Shown here: one piece after another, positions 39,006 to 48,607 of the stretch | Layout of the letters: the number at the start of each line of letters is the position of its first letter | Numbering within the stretch: the first letter of the stretch is position 1 | Source of the DNA: Candidatus Margulisiibacteriota bacterium | GTDB lineage: Bacteria > Margulisbacteria > WOR-1 > O2-12-FULL-45-9 | DNA: 64,000 bases | Direction of reading: 5' to 3' | Assembly: GCA_041658745.1 (NCBI GenBank) | Contig: JBAZZP010000001.1 | Coordinates: 165,434-229,433 of the forward strand | Position numbers and translations under genes: made by a program | Notes under the pieces: generated by a model | Database searches by the model: none | What the model was told of the DNA's origin: nothing | Seen by the model: the letters and a program-made list of their open reading frames with translations, nothing else

Positions 39006-40115
39006 TTAAAACAAGGCTTGGGCCAGAGTTTCAACAACTTCTTTAATTTGCCCTTCAGACAACTCCGCAAACATGGGTAAAGAAAGGGTCTCATCCTGCA
39101 TGCGCTCTGCTTCAGGAAAATCCCCCTTCCCATAGCCCAAATGTTGATAAACTTCCTGCAAATGCAAACAAAGCGGATAATAGATCATATTCCCAATTTT
39201 GGCTAAAGAAAGTTTTTCCATAATTTTTGCCCGTTCTTTAACTCGAAGGGTATAGTAATTAAAAGAATGTTTTACGTTTTCCCCAACAAAAGGCGCAGAT
39301 ATTTTAGCCTGCAAATTATTCGCATTTAGGCATTGTGCATAAAATGCCGCATTTTTCCTGCGCAGTTCGTTCCATTTATCTAAGTATTTTAATTTTACCC
39401 GTAGAATAGCGGCTTGAAGGGTATCTAACCGGCTATTAAAGCCATTCACCGCATGAAAATACTTTTTCTTTGAGCCATGCTGTCTTAGCATTTTGGCATT
39501 TTCGTAGGCTTTTTCATCGTTCGTTACCATCATTCCCCCATCACCAAAACATCCCAAATTTTTACCCGGGAAAAAGCTTAAGCAGCCAACATTACCAATC
39601 GATCCAACCTTTTTAGCAGCATATTCGGCCCCAAAAGATTGGGCACAATCTTCTACTACCAATAATGAATGTTTCCTGGCAATAGCAACAATTTTATCCA
39701 TTTCTGCCGGATGCCCATATAAATGAACCGGTAAAATGGCTTTTGTTTTTTTAGTTATTTTGCTTTCAACGAGATCTGGATTGAGACAATAGGTTTTAGG
39801 ATCAATATCAACAAAAACCGGTTTTGCTCCCACATTTACAATGGCTTCGGTTGTGGCAATAAAAGTAAAAGGAGTCGTAACAACCTCATCTCCATCGCCC
39901 ACTCCTAAAGATAGGAGGGCAATTTCCAGGGCGTCTGTCCCAGATGATACGCCAACTGCAAATTTCACTCCAAGGTAAGCTGCAATTTCTTCTTCCAGGG
40001 CTTTAACATCTGGCCCCATAATAAAAGCTGCCTTATCAATCACCTGCTGAATTGCTTGGTCAACCTCTTCTTTAATGCTTTGGTATTGCAGTTTTAAATC
40101 AATTAAGGGGATCAT
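39006..40115 (-). CDS. DegT-family aminotransferase (WbpE/WlbC-like)
   Basis: PLP lysine in SFFPGKNLGCFGDGGMM. I place the start at ATG 40115 (MIPLIDLK...), giving an ATGA overlap with the upstream stop. Confidence 0.8.
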   Translation of the reverse strand: MIPLIDLKLQYQSIKEEVDQAIQQVIDKAAFIMGPDVKALEEEIAAYLGVKFAVGVSSGTDALEIALLSLGVGDGDEVVTTPFTFIATTEAIVNVGAKPVFVDIDPKTYCLNPDLVESKITKKTKAILPVHLYGHPAEMDKIVAIARKHSLLVVEDCAQSFGAEYAAKKVGSIGNVGCLSFFPGKNLGCFGDGGMMVTNDEKAYENAKMLRQHGSKKKYFHAVNGFNSRLDTLQAAILRVKLKYLDKWNELRRKNAAFYAQCLNANNLQAKISAPFVGENVKHSFNYYTLRVKERAKIMEKLSLAKIGNMIYYPLCLHLQEVYQHLGYGKGDFPEAERMQDETLSLPMFAELSEGQIKEVVETLAQALF

Positions 40116-40684
40116 ATTGTTTTTACCACTTGCCCTTCCATAGAATATTTTAAGCCGCACTTTGCACATTTACTCTGGTTGCCGGCAAAATCAAGTTTGG
40201 TACCACATTCGCACATCCATCCTTTGATACTGGCCGGATTGCCATAAACCAATGCATAATCAGGAACATTCTTGGTTACAACCGCGCCAGCCCCTACAAA
40301 AGAGTGCTTCCCAACCGTTGTCCCACAGACAATCGTACAATTGGCCCCCAAAGATGCCCCCTCTTTGATCAAAGTTTTATAGTATTTATCCGCAGTCTCT
40401 TGTGGATACTTGCAACGCGGATTAACGATATTGGTAAAGACCATAGATGGGCCACAAAATACATAATCCTCTAGCTCAACTCCACCATAAATGGAGACAT
40501 TATTTTGGATCTTGCAGTGGTTGCCAATTTTTACATGGTTTTGGACAAAAACATTTTGCCCCAGCTTACAACTTATTCCAATTTGAACCCCCGAGGATAT
40601 GTGCGAAAAATGCCAAATTTTTGTCCCTTCGCCAATTTCCACGGGTTCATCAATAATCGCGGTTTCGTGTTTAAAGTATTTCAT
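40112..40684 (-). CDS. hexapeptide N-acetyltransferase (WbpD/WlbB-like) with C-terminal Cys4 ribbon
   Basis: 190 aa. LbH repeats, then CECGTKLDFAGNQSKCAKCG. Confidence 0.8.
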   Translation of the reverse strand: MKYFKHETAIIDEPVEIGEGTKIWHFSHISSGVQIGISCKLGQNVFVQNHVKIGNHCKIQNNVSIYGGVELEDYVFCGPSMVFTNIVNPRCKYPQETADKYYKTLIKEGASLGANCTIVCGTTVGKHSFVGAGAVVTKNVPDYALVYGNPASIKGWMCECGTKLDFAGNQSKCAKCGLKYSMEGQVVKTI

Positions 40685-41690
40685 TGCTTCCTCCGTTTTT
40701 TAATGAACGCTCGGCCGCCGCTAGCACTTTTAAAACGGCAAGGCCATTTTCTCCGGAACTTAAAGGCTCTTTTTCATTTTTGATACAATCAATAAAATGC
40801 TGGCATTCGATTTTAAGTGGCTCTTTTTGCTCATACTCTATCACCTGTTCTGGGCCATTTCTAAGGGTAAAGGACTTAGCCTTGGTTAATGGATCTTGCT
40901 TGCTATCTACGCCTTTGTCAACAAGAACAAGATTATTTTTGGCCAATAGCTCATCAAAGATTGCCATTTTCTTGTCCCCCACGATTACTGTTCTCCTCGT
41001 TTTTGTAGGGTCCAACCAGCTGACATGGACATGCCCTATTGCCCCATCATCAAATCTAATGCTGACAAAAGTCAAATCTTCGATTTCCGGCTGAAGAAAA
41101 GCAGCTCCCAGGGCAGAAACACTTTGCGGGGATCGTCCCAATAAATGTAAAACCACCGAAATATCATGGGGAGCAAGGCTCCACAATGCATTTTCAGCAT
41201 TCCGTATTGTTCCTAAATTTAATCTTTGCGTATAAATATATTGGATCATTCCTAATTCACCGGCAGTAATTAACTTTTTAAGTTTTGTAATTGCTGGATG
41301 ATAAAGAAGCAAATGACCAACCATAATTTTTTTATTCGCCCTTTTAGCAACTAATAATAATTCACTTGCTTCGGCAACCGATAAAGTGATCGGTTTTTCA
41401 ATAAAAACATGTTTGCCATTTTCTAAACACTGCTTTGCTACGGCATAATGAGTTGGAGCGGAAGTGGCAATAACAACCGCCTTGACTTCATTGTCACCAA
41501 GAACAACTGCTAAATCAGGAGTAAAAATTGTTTGCGGATATTCGAGCTTATACTTTTCCAGGGAAGGGCCGAAAAGATCACAGCCATATTTTAGATAACA
41601 TTCACTCAAAGCACTAAAATTTAGCAGCAGGTTTTTTCCCCAATTTCCTAAACCAATTTGCGCTATTACAATTTTTTCTTTCGGCTGCAT
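40671..41690 (-). CDS. Gfo/Idh/MocA NAD-dependent oxidoreductase (WbpB/WlbA-like)
   Basis: 339 aa. IAQIGLGNWGKN, EKPITL (the EKP motif). Confidence 0.8.
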   Translation of the reverse strand: MQPKEKIVIAQIGLGNWGKNLLLNFSALSECYLKYGCDLFGPSLEKYKLEYPQTIFTPDLAVVLGDNEVKAVVIATSAPTHYAVAKQCLENGKHVFIEKPITLSVAEASELLLVAKRANKKIMVGHLLLYHPAITKLKKLITAGELGMIQYIYTQRLNLGTIRNAENALWSLAPHDISVVLHLLGRSPQSVSALGAAFLQPEIEDLTFVSIRFDDGAIGHVHVSWLDPTKTRRTVIVGDKKMAIFDELLAKNNLVLVDKGVDSKQDPLTKAKSFTLRNGPEQVIEYEQKEPLKIECQHFIDCIKNEKEPLSSGENGLAVLKVLAAAERSLKNGGSNEIL

Positions 41691-41693
41691 GAC

Positions 41694-43025
41694 TTATATT
41701 TTAACTATTTTAGCCTTTGATCCCTTACCGGCAGTAAGAGTCGCATTCCTTGTATCAACAATTAAGCTGGCATTATCAACAATCATTTTATAATCGTATA
41801 CAGAATGGTCTGTCGCTACAACCACACAGTCATATTGTTTTAACATTTTAGCATTCAACGAAACAGAAGACTGGAGCGCGCCTGCAATTTTAATTGACTT
41901 TACAAAAGGATCATTGTATTTTACTTTTGCACCTTTTTTATCTAACAAATCAAATATTTTAATGGAGGGGGACTCGCGCCAATCATTTATATCTTTTTTA
42001 TAAGCCATTCCCAGCACAAGCACATTAGAATTTTTAATGCTTTTATTGTATTCATTTAACCCATCTTGAATTAATTGAACCACATATTCGGGCATCTTGT
42101 CATTGATTTCGCCCGCAAGCTCAATGAAACGGGTGACTAGATCATATTCTTTGGCTTTCCAAGAAAGATAAAAAGGATCAAGTGGGATGCAATGGCCACC
42201 AATTCCAGGGCCTGGATAAAACGCCATATAACCATAGGGTTTTGTTTTAGCGGCGGCAATTACTTCCCAAACATCAATTTCCATTTTCTTACATAAAATA
42301 GCCATTTCATTAACCAAAGCAATATTAACACTACGAAAGACATTTTCTAGTAATTTTTCCATTTCAGCAACACGAGGGGAAGAGACAACGAAGGTTTCTT
42401 TTATAATTTGGGAATACAACAACTTTGCCACATAGGTGCACTGCGGAGTTACCCCGCCAATGACTTTTGGAATATCACCGGTTTTAAATTTTTCATTGCC
42501 TGGATCTACTCTTTCGGGAGAAAAAGCTAGATAAAAATTAGTGCCTACTTTTAATCCAGAGTTGGAAAGCTTAGGCAAAATGATTTCTTCGGTTGTACCA
42601 GGATACGTAGTACTTTCAAGGACGATTAATTGTCCATTATGAACAATTTTTGTAATTTGCTCGGTTACGGATTTAACATATGAAATGTCTGGCTGTTTAT
42701 TCTTATCCAGGGGCGTTGGGACACAAATAATAATAACATCAACATTTTTTAAGGTTAAAAAATCTCCAGAAGCCCTCAACAAATCTTTTCTAACAATTTC
42801 TTTTAGATCCGCATCAGATACGTCAGCGATATAATTCTCGCCATTATTAATCATTTTCATGCGGGTTAAATTTTGTTCAATCCCGAGCACCTCAAAACCT
42901 ACCTTTGAAAATGCCACCGCCAGAGGCAACCCAACATATCCCAAACCAACAATGCCAATCTTGGCACTTTTAGCAATTATTTTATCGGCTAAATCCAGTT
43001 TAGATAAAACATGTTTCTTTTTCAC
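41694..43025 (-). CDS. nucleotide-sugar 6-dehydrogenase (WbpA/WecC/TviB-like UDP-GlcNAc/ManNAc dehydrogenase)
   Basis: 443 aa. IGIVGLGYVGLPLA, GGHCIPLDP (catalytic Cys). Confidence 0.85.
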   Translation of the reverse strand: MKKKHVLSKLDLADKIIAKSAKIGIVGLGYVGLPLAVAFSKVGFEVLGIEQNLTRMKMINNGENYIADVSDADLKEIVRKDLLRASGDFLTLKNVDVIIICVPTPLDKNKQPDISYVKSVTEQITKIVHNGQLIVLESTTYPGTTEEIILPKLSNSGLKVGTNFYLAFSPERVDPGNEKFKTGDIPKVIGGVTPQCTYVAKLLYSQIIKETFVVSSPRVAEMEKLLENVFRSVNIALVNEMAILCKKMEIDVWEVIAAAKTKPYGYMAFYPGPGIGGHCIPLDPFYLSWKAKEYDLVTRFIELAGEINDKMPEYVVQLIQDGLNEYNKSIKNSNVLVLGMAYKKDINDWRESPSIKIFDLLDKKGAKVKYNDPFVKSIKIAGALQSSVSLNAKMLKQYDCVVVATDHSVYDYKMIVDNASLIVDTRNATLTAGKGSKAKIVKI

Positions 43026-43259
43026 TTATTCTTCCTCCTCAAATTTTTCTATCACACTATGGTAGGCCTTTTTTACCTTTGACGGTAAAGAAGGGCTCAA
43101 AAGCTTTAAGATTTCCTTGCCAAGCACACGATATTGGCCACCAATTTTTGCAGCCCGCAAAATTCCCTTTTTTACCAGACGACGAAAGGTAGAATCGCTT
43201 ATTTTTAGAAACTTTTTGGCTTCGTTGGGGGTATAAACCTCAAATTCATTTAATTGCAT
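43026..43259 (-). CDS. small helix-turn-helix DNA-binding protein (excisionase/MerR-type HTH)
   Basis: About 77 aa from the ATG at 43259: MQLNEFEVYTPNEAKKFLKISDSTFRRLVKKGILRAAKIGGQYRV. The ORF-track start at 43283 would lie inside the putative promoter. Confidence 0.5.
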   Translation of the reverse strand: MQLNEFEVYTPNEAKKFLKISDSTFRRLVKKGILRAAKIGGQYRVLGKEILKLLSPSLPSKVKKAYHSVIEKFEEEE

Positions 43260-43273
43260 AAGTATTGAATGTA

Positions 43274-43302
43274 ATAATAACAAAATATTTCATACCTGTC
43301 AA
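43274..43302 (-). promoter_or_regulatory. putative sigma70-like promoter (TTGACA-17nt-TATTAT) upstream of the HTH gene
   Basis: Minus-strand TTGACA (plus 43297..43302) and TATTAT (plus 43274..43279) with a 17-nt spacer, in the 56-nt gap after wzz. Confidence 0.25.
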
Positions 43303-43338
43303 CAACATCCAATTCATGTCAATTTATGCCAAAACTTA

Positions 43339-43995
43339 TCATAAGCGCCGGGGCTTTTGTGAGGAAAATTTAACTTTAGACTTTTCAACAAAATTTAGAA
43401 AAAAAGAAAGAGAAACAGCAAAAAACAATCCGGCAATACAGGCAATTATGAAATCTTGTTTGATTTTTGGTTTAAAAATATTTTTTGGGGCAATTGCCTG
43501 GTCAATAGCTAAATAATTAATATTCAGTGACCTATTATTTAAAAATTTGCCCAACTGTTCAACATAGGCATTGGCAATAATGGCTGCTTCATTCGGATTT
43601 GGCCATTCTACAAAAATAGTTAAAAGACCAGAGATATCTCGCTCAGCATCAACCGCGGACATAAGCTTTTCATAACTTTTAATGTTTGTAGCTGTTGAAA
43701 CCGACTTAGCTAAGGTAGCACTTTTTAGGATGGGGATAATCTTAAGGTCACTGCCCGCACCACTCATCCCTCCACTCAAAAATGGGACAGCCGCCAATGC
43801 CGAAGCTAATCCCCCCGTTCCCGTATCCACTAATAAAATGGTTGAGGAGGCTTTATACAACTTGGGTTGCAAATAGCTGTAAATAAGAGAAAATAACCCA
43901 AAAATAATTACAATGGAAAGGATCATCTTTCGGTAGTTTTGTATCACCCGCCAATAATCCAATAAATTTATCTCATCTTCCATGTTGGTCTCCAC
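43339..43995 (-). CDS. Wzz-like polysaccharide co-polymerase / chain-length determinant (short PCP)
   Basis: 218 aa. N-terminal INLLDYWRVIQNYRKMIL plus a TM, and a C-terminal TM. Confidence 0.6.
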   Translation of the reverse strand: METNMEDEINLLDYWRVIQNYRKMILSIVIIFGLFSLIYSYLQPKLYKASSTILLVDTGTGGLASALAAVPFLSGGMSGAGSDLKIIPILKSATLAKSVSTATNIKSYEKLMSAVDAERDISGLLTIFVEWPNPNEAAIIANAYVEQLGKFLNNRSLNINYLAIDQAIAPKNIFKPKIKQDFIIACIAGLFFAVSLSFFLNFVEKSKVKFSSQKPRRL

Positions 43996-46130
43996 TATTT
44001 AAGATACGTCGCAATCACCGCAAACGCAAGAACTCCCTGATAAACAAATTGGGTCCAATCGCGCACCCCAGCCCAAAAATCAGTGCGAGTTACTATTTGC
44101 GGAACAAAAATCACATCCCCGGGATCAAGTGTGCCAGAAAAAGCCTTTCCAGCACTAAAGACCGATCCATCAGCTTTCACCACGTAGGTACTATCTTTAT
44201 CCGCATTAGTAGTTACCCCCCCAACCTTTGACACATAATAATTACCATTTGCTTTGGTCTTGTAAACCACCGAACTCGGACTATAGACTTCACCCAAAAC
44301 AGTTATGATATTGGGAATTTTCCCAATTTCTAGAACATCTCCATCTTCTAGGGAAATGTCATCCGCAGAACCAGCAAAGGTGTTAAGACTTGTTAGTTTT
44401 AAGATTACCCTTCCCTTGTAAAAAGCCATTATTTTTAATTTTTCTATCTGTTGTTTTTGTTTTTCTAAGGCCGACATCTGTTTAGCCGCAGTAGTATCCC
44501 CCACCATACCTGAAGTCAAATTAATTTCTTGCTGGGCGATTTTATTCTCTAAGTCAGATATATAACGCGAAAGAGCTGTTTCCTCAACCTGCGCTGCCGA
44601 TTTGCGAGTAAAAACAGCACCAAACAAATAGGCATCATCGGTAAATCCGCCAGCTCTCTCAATCACCGAACTCAAAGTCTCATCTTTTCGAACCATATAG
44701 GTACCAGGTAGTCTAAATTCTCCCTTAAGGGTAACTGACCCATGCGCTTTAAAGTCTGAAGAAACCAGGATTTTATCCCCAGCTTGCAATTGGAGATTTT
44801 GGCTTTCATCTCCCGAAAATAACTTTTCTAAATCAATAGCATAAATAGTGGATTGAAAAGTTTGTTTATCCATTCTTGCCACTTCTGCTTTGGGTAAGTA
44901 TGAATATGGCTTTAAAACATCTTTGGAGGAAATAACATCCTTTAATTTCATCCCCGCCTTCCATTCATACGGACCAACATATTTAAAATTACCTTGCACA
45001 TAAACCACGTTTTGCACATCATCTAAAATAGGGTAAACTTTAACCATGTCCATATCTTGAACCATGAAATTGGCTCTCTCGGAAGACGATGAAAAGTTTT
45101 TGTCCAGAGTGATCCTTTTCTGGTGAGCAACTACCCGATCAATCTGGATGCGGTTAAGATAACCTAAAGAAGTAAAGCCCCCTGCTAATTGGAGCAATTC
45201 AGACAAATCGGCTTTCCCTTTAATTTCATAGATAGCCGGGCGTTTAATGTTACCAGTGATGGCAACAACCGCCCCCCTGGTTGGGACAAAAATAGTATCG
45301 CCAGAATCCAAAACCCGATCCTGCGATTTATCGCCATTGATCAAGAACTTATAGAGATCAACCGTTGCCACCGTCCTTCCGTCACGCAGTAATTTGATAT
45401 TACGCAACGAACCTTGCTTAGATGGACCACCCGCCTGAAACAAAGCCGAGTAAAGAGTGCTAAGTGAAGAAACCGTAAAACTACCTGGCTGGTTAACCTC
45501 CCCCACCACATAAATTCGGATTGATTTAATTTTAGACATGGCAACGCTCACATTGATTTGTTCGTAATAACGGTTTAACTGCTTAGTAATATAATCTTGC
45601 AGTCCCCCATAGCGGATTCCAACCACAGAAACCACTCCAACCTTAGGAAGAACAATTTCCCCTGCCTGATTCACAGTAACATCAAAAATTCCTTCACTTA
45701 TACCCCACAGAGTGACTTTGAATGAATCACCAGGGCCAACCACATAATCAGATGGAACTTGTGAATCGGTGTCTGGCATAAAAGAGGCAGTTGAACGCTT
45801 AAAAGCGGTATAACCAAATAATTTTAGAGTAGGCAACCCCTCAATTGAGGCGGCTTTAGAAAACTGATTTTCTATATCAGCCATTTCATCCGGTATATTT
45901 TCGTTGGATGAAGGCTGGTTAATTGCCCCATTACTCCCAAAAGACACTTCTTGTCCCGGTTTGGCATTTTTTAGCATTGACATGCCTTGCGGAGTATTTA
46001 AAAATGATTGGTAATCGGTAGGGGAAACCGCAGCAAACACAGACTCGAACAAAAAGCTACTAACAATCAAACCTACCAGCAAACGACGAAAATGCATGAT
46101 GTTTTTTACCTCCAAGTAACTGGGAATCAT
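43995..46130 (-). CDS. wza: Wza-type outer-membrane polysaccharide export protein (Poly_export + multiple SLBB domains)
   Basis: 711 aa. Signal-like N-terminus, PGDSFKVTLWG (Poly_export motif), repeated SLBB-like blocks (GEIVLPKVGVVSVVG, GDTIFVP, GDVIFVP). Confidence 0.75.
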   Translation of the reverse strand: MIPSYLEVKNIMHFRRLLVGLIVSSFLFESVFAAVSPTDYQSFLNTPQGMSMLKNAKPGQEVSFGSNGAINQPSSNENIPDEMADIENQFSKAASIEGLPTLKLFGYTAFKRSTASFMPDTDSQVPSDYVVGPGDSFKVTLWGISEGIFDVTVNQAGEIVLPKVGVVSVVGIRYGGLQDYITKQLNRYYEQINVSVAMSKIKSIRIYVVGEVNQPGSFTVSSLSTLYSALFQAGGPSKQGSLRNIKLLRDGRTVATVDLYKFLINGDKSQDRVLDSGDTIFVPTRGAVVAITGNIKRPAIYEIKGKADLSELLQLAGGFTSLGYLNRIQIDRVVAHQKRITLDKNFSSSSERANFMVQDMDMVKVYPILDDVQNVVYVQGNFKYVGPYEWKAGMKLKDVISSKDVLKPYSYLPKAEVARMDKQTFQSTIYAIDLEKLFSGDESQNLQLQAGDKILVSSDFKAHGSVTLKGEFRLPGTYMVRKDETLSSVIERAGGFTDDAYLFGAVFTRKSAAQVEETALSRYISDLENKIAQQEINLTSGMVGDTTAAKQMSALEKQKQQIEKLKIMAFYKGRVILKLTSLNTFAGSADDISLEDGDVLEIGKIPNIITVLGEVYSPSSVVYKTKANGNYYVSKVGGVTTNADKDSTYVVKADGSVFSAGKAFSGTLDPGDVIFVPQIVTRTDFWAGVRDWTQFVYQGVLAFAVIATYLK

Positions 46131-47101
46131 ATTATATCATTTTTTATCTTCTGCCACCACTCCCGATTATTCTTATACCATTCAACGGTTTGCTTTAGTC
46201 CAGCCTCAAAGTCAGTTTTTGGCTGCCAGCCAAGAGTTTTAACTTTCGAACAATCAACCGAATAGCGGCGATCGTGCCCGGGTCGGTCTTTGACAGGTTC
46301 AATCATATTCTCGGCTAAGCCAAGTAGTTTTAAGATTGCTTTTGTAACTACAATATTTTCACGCTCATTTTCTCCGCCAATATTGTAAACTTCCCCTAAT
46401 TGCCCTTTTCTTAAAACCAAATCAACAGCCGCACAATTATCTTCAACATAAAGCCAATCCCGCACATTCCTTCCATCTCCATATAGGGGAAGCTTCCTGC
46501 CTTGCAAAGCGTTAGTTATAAATAGCGACATGATCTTTTCGGGATACTGATAAGGACCATAATTATTGGAAGAACGGGTAATTATTGCCGGCAGATTAAA
46601 GGTTTTTACATAAGAGCGGACAATTAAATCCCCCCCCGCCTTTGACGCGGCATAAGGAGAATTAGGTGCCAGAGTAGATTCCTCGGTAAAAGAGCCCTTT
46701 TCAATGCTTCCATAAACCTCATCGGTCGAAATATGGACATATCTCTTTATCTGATGCTTTTTAACTGCTTCGAGCAATGTATAAGTTCCGTATACATCTG
46801 ATAAAACAAAAGACCCGGCAGAAACAATCGAGCGGTCAACATGGGTTTCGGCCGCAAAATTGACAATCGCATCTGTGCCCGAAAGTAATCCAATGGCATT
46901 TTCAACTGCTTTGGAGTCGCAGATATCTCCCTTGTAAAAGCGATGGCGGGGATTGCCTTCAAATTCAACCAAATTATCAAGATTCCCTGCGTAAGTTAAT
47001 TTGTCAAAATTAACGATTTCGTCTTGCGGATAATTACTCAGAACATAGCGGATAAAATTACTGCCAATAAAGCCGGCTCCGCCGGTAACGATTAACTTCA
47101 T
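46127..47101 (-). CDS. rfbB: dTDP-glucose 4,6-dehydratase
   Basis: 324 aa. KLIVTGGAGFIGSNF, HVDRS, YAASKAGGD, GDGRNVRDWLYVEDN. Confidence 0.9.
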   Translation of the reverse strand: MKLIVTGGAGFIGSNFIRYVLSNYPQDEIVNFDKLTYAGNLDNLVEFEGNPRHRFYKGDICDSKAVENAIGLLSGTDAIVNFAAETHVDRSIVSAGSFVLSDVYGTYTLLEAVKKHQIKRYVHISTDEVYGSIEKGSFTEESTLAPNSPYAASKAGGDLIVRSYVKTFNLPAIITRSSNNYGPYQYPEKIMSLFITNALQGRKLPLYGDGRNVRDWLYVEDNCAAVDLVLRKGQLGEVYNIGGENERENIVVTKAILKLLGLAENMIEPVKDRPGHDRRYSVDCSKVKTLGWQPKTDFEAGLKQTVEWYKNNREWWQKIKNDII

Positions 47102-47833
47102 TTATATTTTAACCTTCCCTTCAACTAGCAAAGTAGCCTTGGCAAGGGACTCAAAGGTACCAGCATCGCTCCACCAACCGCTTAAAACATCATAAGTCAA
47201 TAAACCATTCCGCAGATAGGCCTGATTTACATCTGATATTTCCATTTCCCCCCGAGCAGACGGCTTTAGTTTTCGGATAACGTCAAAAACCCTGTTATCA
47301 TAAAAATAAGCACCAGTAACGCTCAAATTGCTTTTGGGTTTTTTGGGTTTTTCAACAATTGACACAATTTTATTCCCAACAATTTCGGCCACTCCAAAGC
47401 GCTGAGAATCAGAAACTTCCTTCAAGAGGACCTTAGCCCCTTTCTTTTGTTTGCGGAACTTATCGGCAAAAGGCTTAAGGCTATCTTGAAAAATATTATC
47501 CCCCAAAATTACCATGACTTGGTCATTGCCAACAAAGTTTTCAGCCAGAAACAAAGCCTGGGCAATGCCGCCAGCTTCATCCTGCACTTTATAAGTAAAG
47601 CGACAATCAAAGCCCTTCCCACTACCCAGTAAGTTAACAATATCCCCCATATGTTCAACCCCAGTAACAATTAAGATCTCTTCAATACCAGCATCTATCA
47701 ATTTTCTGATGGGATAATAGATCATTGGCTCTTTGCCAACTGGCAAAAGATGCTTATTGGTAACCTTGGTTAAGGGATATAAGCGGGAACCAGTACCACC
47801 GGCTAAGATTATACCTTTCATATCTCCTTGCAT
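47102..47833 (-). CDS. glucose-1-phosphate thymidylyltransferase-like nucleotidyltransferase (short form)
   Basis: GIILAGGTGSRLYPLTKVTNKHLLPV. The start could instead be M5 at 47821. Confidence 0.8.
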   Translation of the reverse strand: MQGDMKGIILAGGTGSRLYPLTKVTNKHLLPVGKEPMIYYPIRKLIDAGIEEILIVTGVEHMGDIVNLLGSGKGFDCRFTYKVQDEAGGIAQALFLAENFVGNDQVMVILGDNIFQDSLKPFADKFRKQKKGAKVLLKEVSDSQRFGVAEIVGNKIVSIVEKPKKPKSNLSVTGAYFYDNRVFDVIRKLKPSARGEMEISDVNQAYLRNGLLTYDVLSGWWSDAGTFESLAKATLLVEGKVKI

Positions 47834-47841
47834 GACAGTAT

Positions 47842-47850
47842 ATTATAGCA
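47842..47850 (-). promoter_or_regulatory. putative extended -10 element (TGcTATAAT) just upstream of the thymidylyltransferase gene
   Basis: Minus-strand TGCTATAAT lies 9 nt 5' of the ATG at 47833, with a weak -35 (GTCACA). This would imply a very short leader or a leaderless transcript. Confidence 0.25.
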
Positions 47851-47874
47851 TTTTATCGAAAGATGTGACCCATA

Positions 47875-48606
47875 TCATGATTTTTTCTTAGCAATAACTT
47901 CTATATTGGTGCTTAACAGGTTAATGCCCGGAATTGCGGCCAAAAATTCATCCAAAAACTCATTCACCACATCAAGGCTATGGTACAGCTGAACAATTTT
48001 ATTTGGAAAGCCTTTTAAATTATATGGCAAAAAACCTCTGTAACGAACACTTTTTACATTAAATCCAGCAGAGATCAGCAATTGGCGGATATCGCTTGTC
48101 GAATACCTAATCGGATGGTCACTACGCTTTAGTAAATCAGACAAATGTTCAATATAGGAGAATTTATTGGGAAGCATATAGATAAAAAAGAAACCATCCG
48201 TTTTTAATACACGATGAATTTCCTTAAGAGATTCCCTATCATTAGCCACATGTTCTAATACTCCACAAGACAAAACAGCATCAAAACTTTGGTCTGGGAA
48301 AGGCAATTTAATTGGATCAGCCGGAACAATCAGCCTCTGGTTAATCTTTGAATAAAACGGACTATTAGCTGCAGTAAGATCAAGGCTCGTCACCTCAAAA
48401 CCACGTCTTGTCAACAAATAGGTCATTTGGCCAAGACCGCTCCCCCAATCAAGAATTTTGCCGGATTTCATCATTGCTTTTATTTGATCTGCCTTTTTAA
48501 TATAGCGGCGTAGGCCCAGGTCTGAAGCAATATGGGGCATTGAGTCATTCAGATAAGCAGAAAGCATGTTTTTTATTTGTGTCAGTTCGTCTAATTTATT
48601 AGTCAT
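47875..48606 (-). CDS. class I SAM-dependent methyltransferase
   Basis: 243 aa. ILDWGSGLGQMT (motif I), FDAVLSCGVLEHV, GFFFI. Confidence 0.75.
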   Translation of the reverse strand: MTNKLDELTQIKNMLSAYLNDSMPHIASDLGLRRYIKKADQIKAMMKSGKILDWGSGLGQMTYLLTRRGFEVTSLDLTAANSPFYSKINQRLIVPADPIKLPFPDQSFDAVLSCGVLEHVANDRESLKEIHRVLKTDGFFFIYMLPNKFSYIEHLSDLLKRSDHPIRYSTSDIRQLLISAGFNVKSVRYRGFLPYNLKGFPNKIVQLYHSLDVVNEFLDEFLAAIPGINLLSTNIEVIAKKKS

Positions 48607-48607
48607 T

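Noticed and set aside
40116-40169. N-terminal 18-codon extension of the WbpE-like aminotransferase (track start 40169)
   Set aside because: The internal ATG at 40115 gives the family-typical N-terminus (MIPLIDLK...) and an ATGA overlap with the upstream acetyltransferase stop.
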